DNA from: Octopus vulgaris
Taxonomy: Eukaryota
DNA: 64,000 nt
NCBI GenBank assembly: GCA_951406725.2
Contig: OX597815.1
Span: 138,694,001-138,758,000 of the forward strand
Reading direction: 5' to 3'
The notes beneath the pieces were generated by a model, which ran no database searches, was not told where the DNA came from, and saw only the letters and a program-made list of their open reading frames with translations. A program made the position numbers and the translations under genes. Shown here one piece after another: positions 52,480 through 64,000 of the stretch (positions are counted from its first letter, which is position 1; every line of letters begins with the position of its first letter).

Positions 52480-55400
52480 ATGTGTGTGTATATATATAGG
52501 TATGTATATATACATACCTATAAATTATTTAATAGAAAGGTAGATGGTTATTCAAGAGGTTGCATTTTATCTATAATTTTTGTTAAAGACTTATTTTGTC
52601 TCTAATCATAGTTTTGTAAAATATTTTAAAAGTCACTGTGTTAAGTTCAGACATTTTCAAATCGATTATGTGTATGATTAGTTATTCCAGCTATGGAACA
52701 ACAAATGCATCATTAAAGCCGCAGGTGTAGAGAAGTGTAGAATTACGCTAACTTTATATTTTACTATTTCAATACATACTTTAAGATGAATTTTTTTATT
52801 TATGGCAGTTTCCGAGCTAACTCCTCTGAAGTCCGGAAATACTAGCGTTGTTTGAAATATGTAAGAGAAACTCTTTTTTCTTAACATTTCAGCATTATCC
52901 ATTGGATTATATAAAGCATCTATTTTCCCTTCATGTATTCTCGTTTCATAATACTGGTAACGTTGTTATCATCGTCGTCGTTCGTTATCGTCATTAACAA
53001 TTGCATCAATAACAAAATTTACTACACTGATAACTCAACGATTTTGTTGAATTTCGAAAGTGTGCTAATGACTTGTCTGCCTTTCCGATGAATCTAATTA
53101 TATTCCTCTATTATACTGACATAAAATGATGCCCATTTTATAGGCTTTTGAAGCAGCTAAAGAACCGTGTCAATTTCCTCCTATTGTAAACATTATGTGT
53201 CATCTTTGGCAACAGGAACTGGTGGCACAGACTATTCCATATAGCTAAAACTCTCGTTTCTTTGATATCACTGGAACTTGGAAATATATCTGAAAATCTA
53301 CCATGAATAGCAGCAGAATTGTAAGCACATTGTTCCCTAGCTATAGTAACTGATTATACACATAATCGATTGAGAAATGTCTGAATTAAAATATATGTAT
53401 TTTAAAATATTTCATTAGAGATGAAATAATTTTCCCCGATGATTATAGAAAAATTAACCAATCCCCTCACTGCTGAAAGTAATTAACGATATCACTTACG
53501 GCTATAAGACGTCATTTGGATATATATATTAGATACTTACCTATTTGAGTAGCATAATTGATATGGAAAGCCAATATCACGGAGATATTTGAAATATATT
53601 TGATGATAAAAGGACTTGATATAAGCTATCCACGTAGTTAGTAAAACTGAAACAAAGCCAAATATGTCATGTAGACCCGTAAATGTAAACACTATAACCT
53701 TAGATGAGCAATAAGCTCTTTGTGGCCTCTATGCAACATTCTTTCAACTTTACAAGAATTTTAAAAACCAAGTGCACGTGGGAAAATCAATTTACACCAA
53801 ACATGAAAGTAGCCAGTTTTGAATTAGATATTCCAATAATTGATTAAAGCAACATGCCTAAAAAATAATATAAGGCACCCAACAATATATTACTAGGTAG
53901 GAAGTGTGAGGCAAAGCCATTAACTTTTGTTTGGGACCCCCCTAATTCCTTTCCAGAGGTACTCATCTGTCACAGACTCAGCTATGTATCAATAAAGCGT
54001 TTGCTTATAAAAGCAGCATGGTTAAACTAACTCGAGAGATATTGAGATATCTTTAACTGTTGGTTGAAATTTTTAAAGGCTTTCCATCTTTCGTTGAAAG
54101 GTAGATTTGCGATGGACTCTGAAGAGAAAACCCGGCAATGAGGTGTTAGGTCCCATCCTCTAGAAATGTGATACCAAGCTCTGTTGCTGAAAGACAAGAA
54201 CCCCAGAGTACGATGAGACTCGGCATCACTTTGGTCATTCCAGCGTAATTTAAGGTTTGAACTCCTAAGAACAAAAATCAGATGGAAGACCTTTTCTTGC
54301 AGCAGTCGGGCTAGCATACATATCTGCAGCGATGAAATATCGCCTGGTCCATAGTTTTCTCGGTTTTGGTGGTATGCAAAGGGTAAAATATAGGCGGGAC
54401 TAGTTCAGTTGTAATTCCCCAGTCACCTGTATGGCTTTGCCCTTTGCCACTAAATTTTTAAAGAGCACTATTGATGTTTAAGAGACGATGTCTTGGTTAT
54501 CGTCAAGAATGAAGGATGAAGACTGCACATAAATCAATCTATCCCGAACTTGATGCTGCGTCTAATATAACTTATTTTGAAAATATCCTTATTATCACAC
54601 GCATGTCAGAAGTACGAATTTATTACATTGCATTGAGATCTTCAATTATCTCGCTACACCTGTTAGATATAGCAGCTAAATCTCACAAACCACGTTAAAA
54701 TATCTTAAAAAGCAGACAGAATATGTTGGATAAAGTAGTCCTTACAGATAAGGTGTATGAAATAAGTCCGGGTGAGTGATAAGAGATATATAAACTGGGG
54801 TAAGACAACAACAATCATAGTAATCTTATGAAAACACATGGTTATATAAACTTACTGAAATCAAACATGAACAAATTTCGTTCATAAACTTTTGAATTGT
54901 TTTAGGTCGAAACGGTTAAAAGACTGAATAATGCGCGGACGATATAGGAATGATTTTATAGCAAATTGCAATGAAAGATGAGCAGTGCTCTGCAACAAAT
55001 TTGTCACGCACATCACTGCAACTGGCAGGCCACAGGTCAGCTTTTTTTATAGACAGCAATAAGATTGTTACTAAAGAAGTCGTGCAAAATGCTGGTTGCG
55101 AATGCAAAGGAAATATAAAAGAATAAATGAATAAGTATAAAAAGCTAAATTAATTTCCTGTCCATCTATTACAGAAAGAATACTTCTGATATTTCAAAAT
55201 GCGAAACAAGAATATTTGAATATAATCCTGAAAATCTGCGTTAAAGGCTACAAGAGAGAATCTAAAGCATAAAAAGACAGTAATCGTCCGAAAAAATAAC
55301 CATTAACAAATACCATTATTTAACGAAATACGGAACATCATTTCTATGAGCAGAATAGTGTGACTGAATATATAAGAAGTGGCCCATACTTGCAATAAAG

Positions 55401-55672
55401 ATTTACATTGACCTAATTAACACATTTTTACACTAAGAATTGAATGGCAATTGAAAACGATGCATGCACCGATATACTTGCATAATTGACACTATTAAGG
55501 CATCATTTGCCAATTTATCAATACACTAACCGTCTTCCTAAAGCGTGGCGATGAAATCTAAAAGTTCCACCGGGTAAATGAATACATATCTTACAACAAA
55601 CGTTTTAAGGAACGTGTAACTAAGGAATATATTATACGAAAGGAATTGAAAGGGAGGGGAGATACATATTAT

Positions 55673-57527
55673 TTTTGCATCCTTCTATACGTTGGATATA
55701 CAGATTTCCCGAAGGGAGATAGACACGACTGTCCTTACACGACTTACTTCAAATTACTCCACTAAACACGATTCTGCAATAAATACAAACTCTTAAAGGA
55801 GTTCCTACCACTTCCACGAATTCTCAACGACTTCTCACAACCTCAGTCAATACGCTACTTTTTAGACAAGTTCGGCTAGTCCATTCTTTCAATCCCACAG
55901 GGGTGTGAATGACTCTCGTCACACCATTTCTCCCTTTTGGAGATTGAATTCTGCTGGACGTTAATATCATTACTCTTTTTTCATTTTTTTTCTTTTCCCC
56001 ACATCTCCCTTTTTACCCCGAAATGTAACATTTCGCCCCCAAGATGTAACTTTTTACTTGAGACACCTTTCGCAATTACAGTTTCCATTAATGTAGCTTT
56101 CCAATTCTTTTCCATATGTCAGTGTTAATAATTGTAATAACACTTAATAATTGTAATAACACTGACTGTATCTAGCTGTAACTTCGCGTTCACATTATTA
56201 ATTTCTATGTACACAATCTTTTTTTCGTGAGCCTTGCCTAGATTTTCTTGTTGAGAAAAACCTTCCCAGATTTTATTTCTGTTCGACCTCTTTTTTCTGC
56301 TCTTTTATGTCTGATATTTTGACAGCTAAAATATTTAAAAAGGAGTTATTTTTAAGATGTAGACCTCAGCACCCATAGCATGGATTGAGTTTTGGTCTTT
56401 GTTTTTCTTTTCCATTATCCATTACAGTTTGATGCGCATGTATGTGAGAGTAATCTTTTTCTTCAATTTTATTTGCATCACGTCGTAACTTAATAATTCT
56501 CTGACACCCCTGTCAAATTCTGGTCCTGTTCTAATTTTGTCACTATCTGGCACGTATCTCTGCATATTTGCTTGCCGTTAACACTTGAACACAAATTAGA
56601 CATTTGAACATGTCAGGGGTTAATTCTTTTAGTTTGAATTTTTCGCATTCTCTTTTGACAACTCTAGCATAATTAACAAAATTTTCATCATCTTGTTTTA
56701 CTAAATACAGACCCTCCCAGCGAATATTGAACAGGGAACTTCTCTCACTGAAAATTTTCAATAACAATTTAATCGTTTCAATGAAGCAAATTTCACATAA
56801 TTTGTTTTTGGCAGAATGTAGCTAAAGTATTTTTTTGTTCGGCAGGGGATAATTTTCTTAAAAGTAGTCGTACCTTCTCATTGTTCGTTCATTTTTGCAT
56901 TCCTATTGGAAGATTTCTTCATATCTTCTGAAATATGAATAAAAAGTAATACCTTCTATGTTATAACTAAATTCTGAAATTCTAGGTTATAACTAAATTC
57001 TGAAATTCTAGGTTATAACTAAATTCGGAATTTGCTACGTCGTCTGGCGAGAACGAAACTGAATTATTTTTGGACTTCAACACTAATTCCAGCAACCGTT
57101 ATATTGTTGTTGTTGTTGTAATTGTTGCTGTAACTGTTTTTGCTGTTGGAACTGCACCATGGAGGCTAATAATTCTTTCATGTTAACTATTTTTTGATTT
57201 TGTATCAAGAGAAAATGTTAACGTCGGACGTAAGCTTCGAATATACTTTTATTAGTGGATATCCTCGTCCCACTTTTATATCCTTCTATACGTTGGATAT
57301 ACCGATTTCACGAAGCGGGGATAGATACAAATGCCTTCACATGACGTACTTCAAATTACTCCATTAAACATGATACTCCAATAAACACAAACTCTCAACA
57401 ACTTCCTACGATTTCCAAGAACTGTCAACGACATCTCTCGGTCTCAGTCAATACGCCACTTTTTATAAGAGTTCGGCTAATCCGTTTTTCCAATCCCACA
57501 TGGGTGTCAATTACTCTCGCCTCAACA
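55673..57527 (-). mobile_element. Internally deleted Gypsy (Mag-like) LTR retrotransposon, gag remnant only
   Basis: 254-bp LTRs at 55673-55926 and 57274-57527; 5-bp TSD ATTAT; PBS TGG-GACGAGGAT (57272-57261, tRNA-Ser(GCU)-like); PPT AAAAGGGAGAAA next to the 3' LTR; gag-like SLFNIRW...CEKFKLKELTPDMFKCLI. Confidence 0.88.
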
Positions 57528-59040
57528 ATTATAAAAGCATAAATCTACAGATTACAAAATCTTCCATATTATCTATATTGACGGTATCGACCTCCATCGT
57601 AAACAAGTTCACGTTGTCTAAAGTACTCAACCGCATTTAATAATTCTTAATTTTATAATGTACGTATGGTTGAAATCTTAATGTGAGGCAGGCCGATCGT
57701 GAAGCTTTATCTAAATAAGATTGTACGAGGAAGTATCTCAGTATATTAGCAAATCGTCATAGTATATATCCGAAGGTTTTAAAGCAGTACGATTTGTTGA
57801 AATAATACAATCTCTACTCAGAACTAGCCACTGCTAAATTGTTTTTAATTTAGATGGAATTTGTGATCAAGAAATAGATCATATCAATGGAGCTCTTACT
57901 GAACGAAGTGAAGGATGGCAATATCAGGCAATGTACTCAGTTCCACCAATGACTGCCAGCTACCTGCAAACAATCATCTACCGCATTTCTTTTAGTTTCC
58001 CTACCTGTCCTTGGCCAGTCATACGTTTTTCCTAGATGAACGTATACCCAATTTCTTTTTCTCCTCGGTTACTCATAATTGGTGTCTCGTTCCTGAAAAC
58101 ATCAACGTAACTAAAGCAAACACTATGGAGTGTTTCGAATAAAAAGAAAATCCCGTAGATACTTGGTAAAGATATGATCAGTCTGAAGCAGTTTTATATC
58201 ACTGAAAAGTTCCTTTCAAAACATTTAAATGTAGCATCTGCCGACAGGGTTCTATTTATGAAAAACGCGTACCTCGGTATTAGAACTGCTACATAAGACA
58301 AAGACACTTGTTTATGAACATCTGAAAATCAGATAAAGGCGTACATGTATGTGAACACACGTGAACACAATTTTTATATCCCTTCACACTGTGAACAAGC
58401 ACATGCATATTAAAATTTTCAGTCATGAACACATAATTGTATCTCGTCATTTATGCACATAATGAACAGGTACCGCTACTTCAAAATCTCAACAAGTAAA
58501 CACCTATCTGTGTACCACCATCTTTAAATAACGACTGTATCATTAATCTCTTTGCATGTGAAAGACCCATATATGTAAATTGTCTTTTCTACACGTAATA
58601 AACAAGCATTTCATATCAATATATCTACATGTTTATAAGTACATGTATATCAGCATATCTGCGCATGGCTAACATATGGTAGTATATCATCATGACTAAC
58701 ACGAAACATGAATGAATATAAACGTTTCTCAGGTAAAGGACATAGCTGTGTATGAAATTTCTATGCATGAATATATAACAACATATTTGTTCGTCAACAC
58801 ATTTATCTATTCTAGCACCTCTAAGTACGAAAGGTAGACACTTCTACATTAATATATCTAAATGTAAACACATATTTGTATATCATTTTCTCTATACATG
58901 ATGAACATATAATTGTGTATTAACGAGTGTATCTGTGAGTACAAGCCTTAATAACAATGTCTCTACACGTGTACACAGGCGTTTATATCAATATCAATTC
59001 AAGTAAATCAGGGCTGTATATCAATATCTCTACATGTGAA

Positions 59041-59252
59041 AGCGGTGAGCTGGCAGAAACGTTAGCACGCTGGGTGAAATACTTAGCGATATTTCGTCTG
59101 TTTTTACGTTCTGTGTTCAAATTTCGCCGAGGTCGACTTTGCCTGTCATCCTTTAGGGGTCTATAAATAAGGCAACAGTTGCGTACTGGGCTTGATCTAA
59201 TCGACTGGCCCCCTCCCCCAAATTGTCGGGCCTTGTGCCTAGAGTAGAAAAG
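59041..59252 (+). mobile_element. Family A SINE with 18-bp TSD
   Basis: gcggtgagctggcagaaacgttagcacg...gttcaaatttcgccgaggtcgactttgcc; TSD AATATCTCTACATGTGAA at 59023-59040 and 59841-59858. Confidence 0.9.
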
Positions 59253-59256
59253 AATA

Positions 59257-59840
59257 TGTAGTGACCCTATAGCGGTGCGCGCTCGCGCACCGTCCATTTG
59301 TATTTCGCGCGTGTTGGTGCCTTCACCAAGGCACAGAAAGGAAGGGCCCTCTCGCGCATGCGCGAACCACCGGAAGCACGACCATGGCCAAGGCAGGAGG
59401 ATCGTAGAACGTTTGACCACTAGCAGCAGCAAGCGGCGACTTGGGACCCAGGGATTGAAGGCGGCGGTCACGCATATATTCTCTCCGGTTGATAGCAGCA
59501 GTCGGCCGAATGCCTTTAACCAAATTGTTGCCGACCACATTCAACTTCCCTGTTCAACGCCATCTTGACCCCTTTCTGGTTTAGCGGCTGGACATTGTAA
59601 ATATTACAATCTATTAACTTTCAGCCTTGCGCGCCCAGAATCAAGGACATCAGATAACACACTTATTGTTATTGTTACCAAGAAAGAGAATAAAGTAGTT
59701 ATATATATTTCACGTCTGCGTCTTGTTGTTTCTGACTTGTAGAGAATCTGGATTGTTAAAGCAACGGCTAGTGAGTGATTGCTTTCTTGTACCCCGAAAG
59801 TACAAGACAAGATTTACACATCACACGAAGTTCGTTTACA
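59257..59840 (+). mobile_element. Solo LTR (584 bp)
   Basis: TGTA...TACA termini, 4-bp TSD AATA (59253-59256 and 59841-59844), AATAAA near 59689, CpG-rich 5' half. Confidence 0.75.
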
Positions 59841-60824
59841 AATATCTCTACATGTGAACACACATCGGTAAATATTTTAACACATGACGAACATAGAATA
59901 TAATCACTCAAATCTCTTCAGGTGCCAGACTTACAATATCTGAAGTTATTTTTCTCATGGTGATATCATGTATAAAACCTGCGTTACTAAGATTAAGATT
60001 ACACATTAATACCAGGAAAACAGGCCAGCTCTGATTACCAGCTAGGCTGTTTAATCACTGGCCCATCAGGCGATGTTTTTTTCCCAGCATCTATCTCTGC
60101 GTTTTCAAATACATTATCATTTTTTCTGAACTGGTTAGCTACACATCCTTAACTGCAGCCCCCAAAACTTGCGATAGTGAGCGACTGACTACATAGAGAT
60201 TCAGACTCTTGCTCAATCAGTGCTTCTAAATAAATACATATTTGATACGATGTATATAGATTTACATACATTCATACATACCACACATACTTTGATACAG
60301 TTATTCAAAGTAATTCAATGTAATATTAAGTTTCTCCAATAGGGTGAACAAAAACAAACACTCTATCAAGAGACACATATACCTTACCAAATTAACAACA
60401 ATGCAAAAAGAAAAGCTAAGCGTTAACCTTATTGTTCCTAGTTGTCAAGTGAATACTAACAACTGCTTAAGATAGAAAATTACGTCAGAAACTTTAAATA
60501 TTGTAAATATATGCCGAATGTTTCGACCTGCATAAACAACATATGTGCAACATCTATAAAACAGTAACCCAGAATAGAATCTGCTCCTCAACAGCATTCT
60601 TTTTTGTTACCTAGTTTATTCTAATTTATAAATAATGTCCTAAAATATTTGGTAGTAAACAAAAAAAATTGATATTTCCTGAAAGTTTTTCATAATGAAT
60701 ATGCTACATAGTTTTCGTTTTATATAACCAAAATAAATACTAGCCCACATTGTTTTATGTTTTTAGGATAACTTCATTATATATATATATAGTTTTAACG
60801 TTCTAATGTATGTGTGTATGTATG

Positions 60825-60874
<50 letters not shown>

Positions 60875-63038
60875 AGTTATCATGAAGACATACTTATAAA
60901 TACATATACATATACACTTTACTACTTTTTATGCTGCTATTTTCAAGTAAATTGGTGGGTTAATTTAATAGCAATTGGGAAGAAAAGTGACACAGCAGTA
61001 GATTTGAGAAATGTGCATATATATATACGCGTATGCACAGACCTATACGCATATAAATATGTGCAAAAAACATATGTATAGCAGTAGATTACGAAGGAAG
61101 AAAATAACTACTGCAATATTATTCTGGAAAAATATTCCTGCTTATATATTTTTGTGAAGATGTGTGTATTTATTTTCAGATTTGTCATTATTTTATTACT
61201 GCCCAAATGACTATTTATCTAAATCTGTAGTCAGTTCTCTTCCATCGTAGCATTCAATTGTATTTTCAATTATTTACCCATCTATTTTCCCCAGTAATCT
61301 CTCTCTATCTTTATTTATGCCTTCCTATCATTATTACTTGTCACAACGAAATACTACGCATATACTGTTATTTCTCCAGACATTGTATTTATTTCAAATA
61401 CACATACACACGACTTCCTTATTTCTATATTTTTTTCACTCTTCCATCTTTTATTGATCCAATTATCCGACATGATTTTATTTTCCACTTAGTCATCTAC
61501 GCAATATTAAAATTTCTGACTTCTTTCTTTCCCATTTTCCAGTTAATTTATTTCTTCTTTTATTCTGATTTTGGTTAAATTTTTGCACATTTTCTCTTAT
61601 TTTCCTCTCCATTTCACTAATTATTTTCTGCAGTAAAATATAGATTCCACCAAAGTTCTGAATATATTTTATTTATTTAATTATTTTGCCGGCATTCTGA
61701 AATTACCATATTCTTGAAGAAATTTTTCTGGTTGATGTAACATGCCATAGGAAACAGAAATAACTCCTATAAATACGATCAGTTAAGTCTAATCAATCAA
61801 TTCTGGAGATACAGTTACGTTCAGGATTTCTTAAAATACTTCTAAAAGAGAAAGCAAACTACGTTTATATTCCGTATCTTAGATATGCTGGCCCAATGTG
61901 GTAAATGTGTATTCTTAATAGTGATGCTGGTTAGGAAACTCTAAATGCTACCTGGTATTCATGCACTCAGCAAAACTTTCAAACATTTGGGAGAATGATA
62001 ACTGACTGTAACGGTAGAATTTGAAGGAGAAATTATGTCTTTCAATAGTTAACTTCCTTTACAATTACATTTCTCAATGGCTAGGTATAACCGCAGATAT
62101 GAACGATCTTTAAAATACTGTAAGTTATACGGAGTACTAGTAAAGGAATAAACTACTTAATACTTCGTACAGACAAAATAAAAAAGAAAGGTAACTTAGG
62201 GTATTTTCTAGCCGTGAACGTATATAGTTATAATAAACTTTGTTATAGAAGGATTTTTTTCAGTATTTAATTAATCGACATTCCTGGTGATAGACAGGAT
62301 AGTATACTTCGAGAAAAAACATCTACAATAATGTGTAAAAAGAAATATTTTCGTCTTTACATATATGTACTATTGGACATTCAAATACTGGTTGTGTTAA
62401 GTAAAAAATGTTTTTTAAATCTGATTAAATCAGTAGAATATAATTAGTCTTATAGACTCCGGACATGGATACATGCGCTCTTAACATAGTTCATAAAACA
62501 TAGAGTTTACCATAAAACCAAAGTTAATTCCCATATCCATTATTACTAACATTAATCTATTTTCGTTTAGGACATCATTTTGTATTTGTTCTGGATCAGT
62601 TGGTTTAGCAGGTAGCTAACTCGTGTTAATAAACAAAACTGACAGACTAAGCGTTCATTCAGTTTATCAATATCTTAAATTCAGCAAAACAAATAGCTGG
62701 ATGTGTGATTAAACTGACATATTTAACATTCAGATAATTCCATTTAAGTGATGGGTTTCTGAAAATTTACCTCCTGCCGATGCGATCATGTAGAAAGCAG
62801 GTAATATACGCACACATATTTAGATTAAAGACTTAGATAATAACATAGAATATATTTAAAATATATATGGCTACATTAAGAGGAAATATTCGAAAAACAG
62901 AAAGAGAGTACACGAAAGTACACAGAAAAAGAGTACCTGCCGAGGCTATAATGAAACACATCTCATATTCAATTATAATCCAAAGCGTTGCAGCAGTGGT
63001 CATAGCCATGGCTGATAAATTGAGGTTTGTGCGCGTAT

Positions 63039-63601
63039 TCTTTTCTACTCGAATTTTTGGGAGAGGGGGACAGTCGATTTGATCGACCCCAAGACGCATC
63101 TGGTACTTACTTTATCGAACCCGAAAGGATGAAAGGCAAAGTCGACCTCGGCAGAATTTGAACTCAGAACGTAAAGACAGACGAAATACCTATTTCTTTA
63201 CTACCCGTAAGGGGCTAAACACAGAGAGGACAAACAAGGACAGACAAACGGATTAAGTCGATTATATCGACCCCAGTACTGGTACTTATTTAATCAACCC
63301 CGAAAGGATGAAAGGCAAAGTCGACTTCGGCGGAATTTGAACTCAGAACGTAACGGCAAACGAAATACCTATTTCTTTATTACCCACAAGGGGCTAAACA
63401 TAGAGGGGACAAACAAGGACAGACATTAGTATTAAGTCGATTACATCGACCCCAGTGCGTAACTGGTACTTAATTTATCGACCCCGAAAGGATGATAGGC
63501 AAAGTCGACCTCGGCGGAATTTGAACTCACAACGTAACGGCAGACGAAATACCACTGAACATTTCACCCGGCGTGCTAACATTTCTGCCAGCTCGCCGCC
63601 T
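63039..63601 (-). mobile_element. Trimeric family A SINE (one head, three bodies)
   Basis: cgaaaggatgaaaggcaaagtcgac-like block recurs three times at ~180-bp spacing; the head GGCGGCGAGCTGGCAG occurs only at ~63600. Confidence 0.9.
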
Positions 63602-64000
63602 TTGTGCGAGTATTAACAGAAAAGAAATTCAGTTGAGTTTTAACTTTAAGAAGAACAGTATAGGTAAGATATTTATTAAGGAGGAACTTTAGGGATGAGA
63701 GAAGAATCTCATCTAAAATCTACTCGTTATCTACTTATATCATCTGCATTTACATGAAGGGAAACTTTTTTTCGTACATTGTGTACTCATTAAAAGTTTT
63801 GTAATGGAATTTCCATTTCCTTTATTAGTTATTTTGAGCTAGCTGACGAACATCGAGCTTTCGCAGTTTTAACTATACGCTATAGTTGATAATTATTATG
63901 AGTAACTCTAGTAAGTGGACAAGGGTATATATTGTTTCATATAAATTGTCATCAATGGATTTACGCGTTTGACTGATATGTTCAGTAATGGGTAACTGTG

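Larger units (their letters stand above)
58300..59900 (+). repeat. Degenerate ~36-bp minisatellite (atatctctacatgtgaacacacat-like), hosting SINE and LTR insertions
   Basis: Recurrent atatc...catgtgaaca motifs on both sides of 59041-59840. Confidence 0.65.

Noticed and set aside
54027-54520. 96-aa minus ORF in a GC-richer patch
   Set aside because: No identifiable motif; probably old transposon debris
59275-59568. 97-aa and 185-aa overlapping ORFs
   Set aside because: They arise from GC-rich LTR and SINE sequence with no protein motifs
60034-60150. Short minus frame GCVANQFRK...PVIKQPSW* as an exon (likewise 62937-63015)
   Set aside because: Weak splice context and no homology evidence available

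Overview
AT-rich, microsatellite-dense eukaryotic DNA with no intact protein-coding gene. The SINE families, (TA)n/(TATG)n arrays and retroelement types look like a cephalopod (Octopus) genome; this is recognition, not a search result. Nearly all ORF-track entries are microsatellite artefacts or transposon debris. Recognisable elements: a young CR1-type LINE, an RTE with a 5' inversion, older CR1-like and L1/Tx1 LINE remnants, an R4/Dong endonuclease fragment, three Penelope-like (PLE) RT remnants, a mariner remnant, a gag-only Gypsy element with LTRs, PBS, PPT and TSD, a solo LTR, a MITE and many tRNA-derived SINEs. The left end may be a decayed LRR-GPCR pseudogene. The main signal is a 357-nt circularly permuted, non-coding repeat at 39445-40155. 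It carries a full-length Sm-alpha-like type I hammerhead ribozyme with a compensatory U3-A8 core, so it is retrozyme-like. It also shares a ~112-nt covarying hairpin domain with a second hammerhead-bearing element at 52211-52380, where the ribozyme has the opposite polarity relative to that domain. All calls come from manual reading, and boundaries of decayed elements are approximate.
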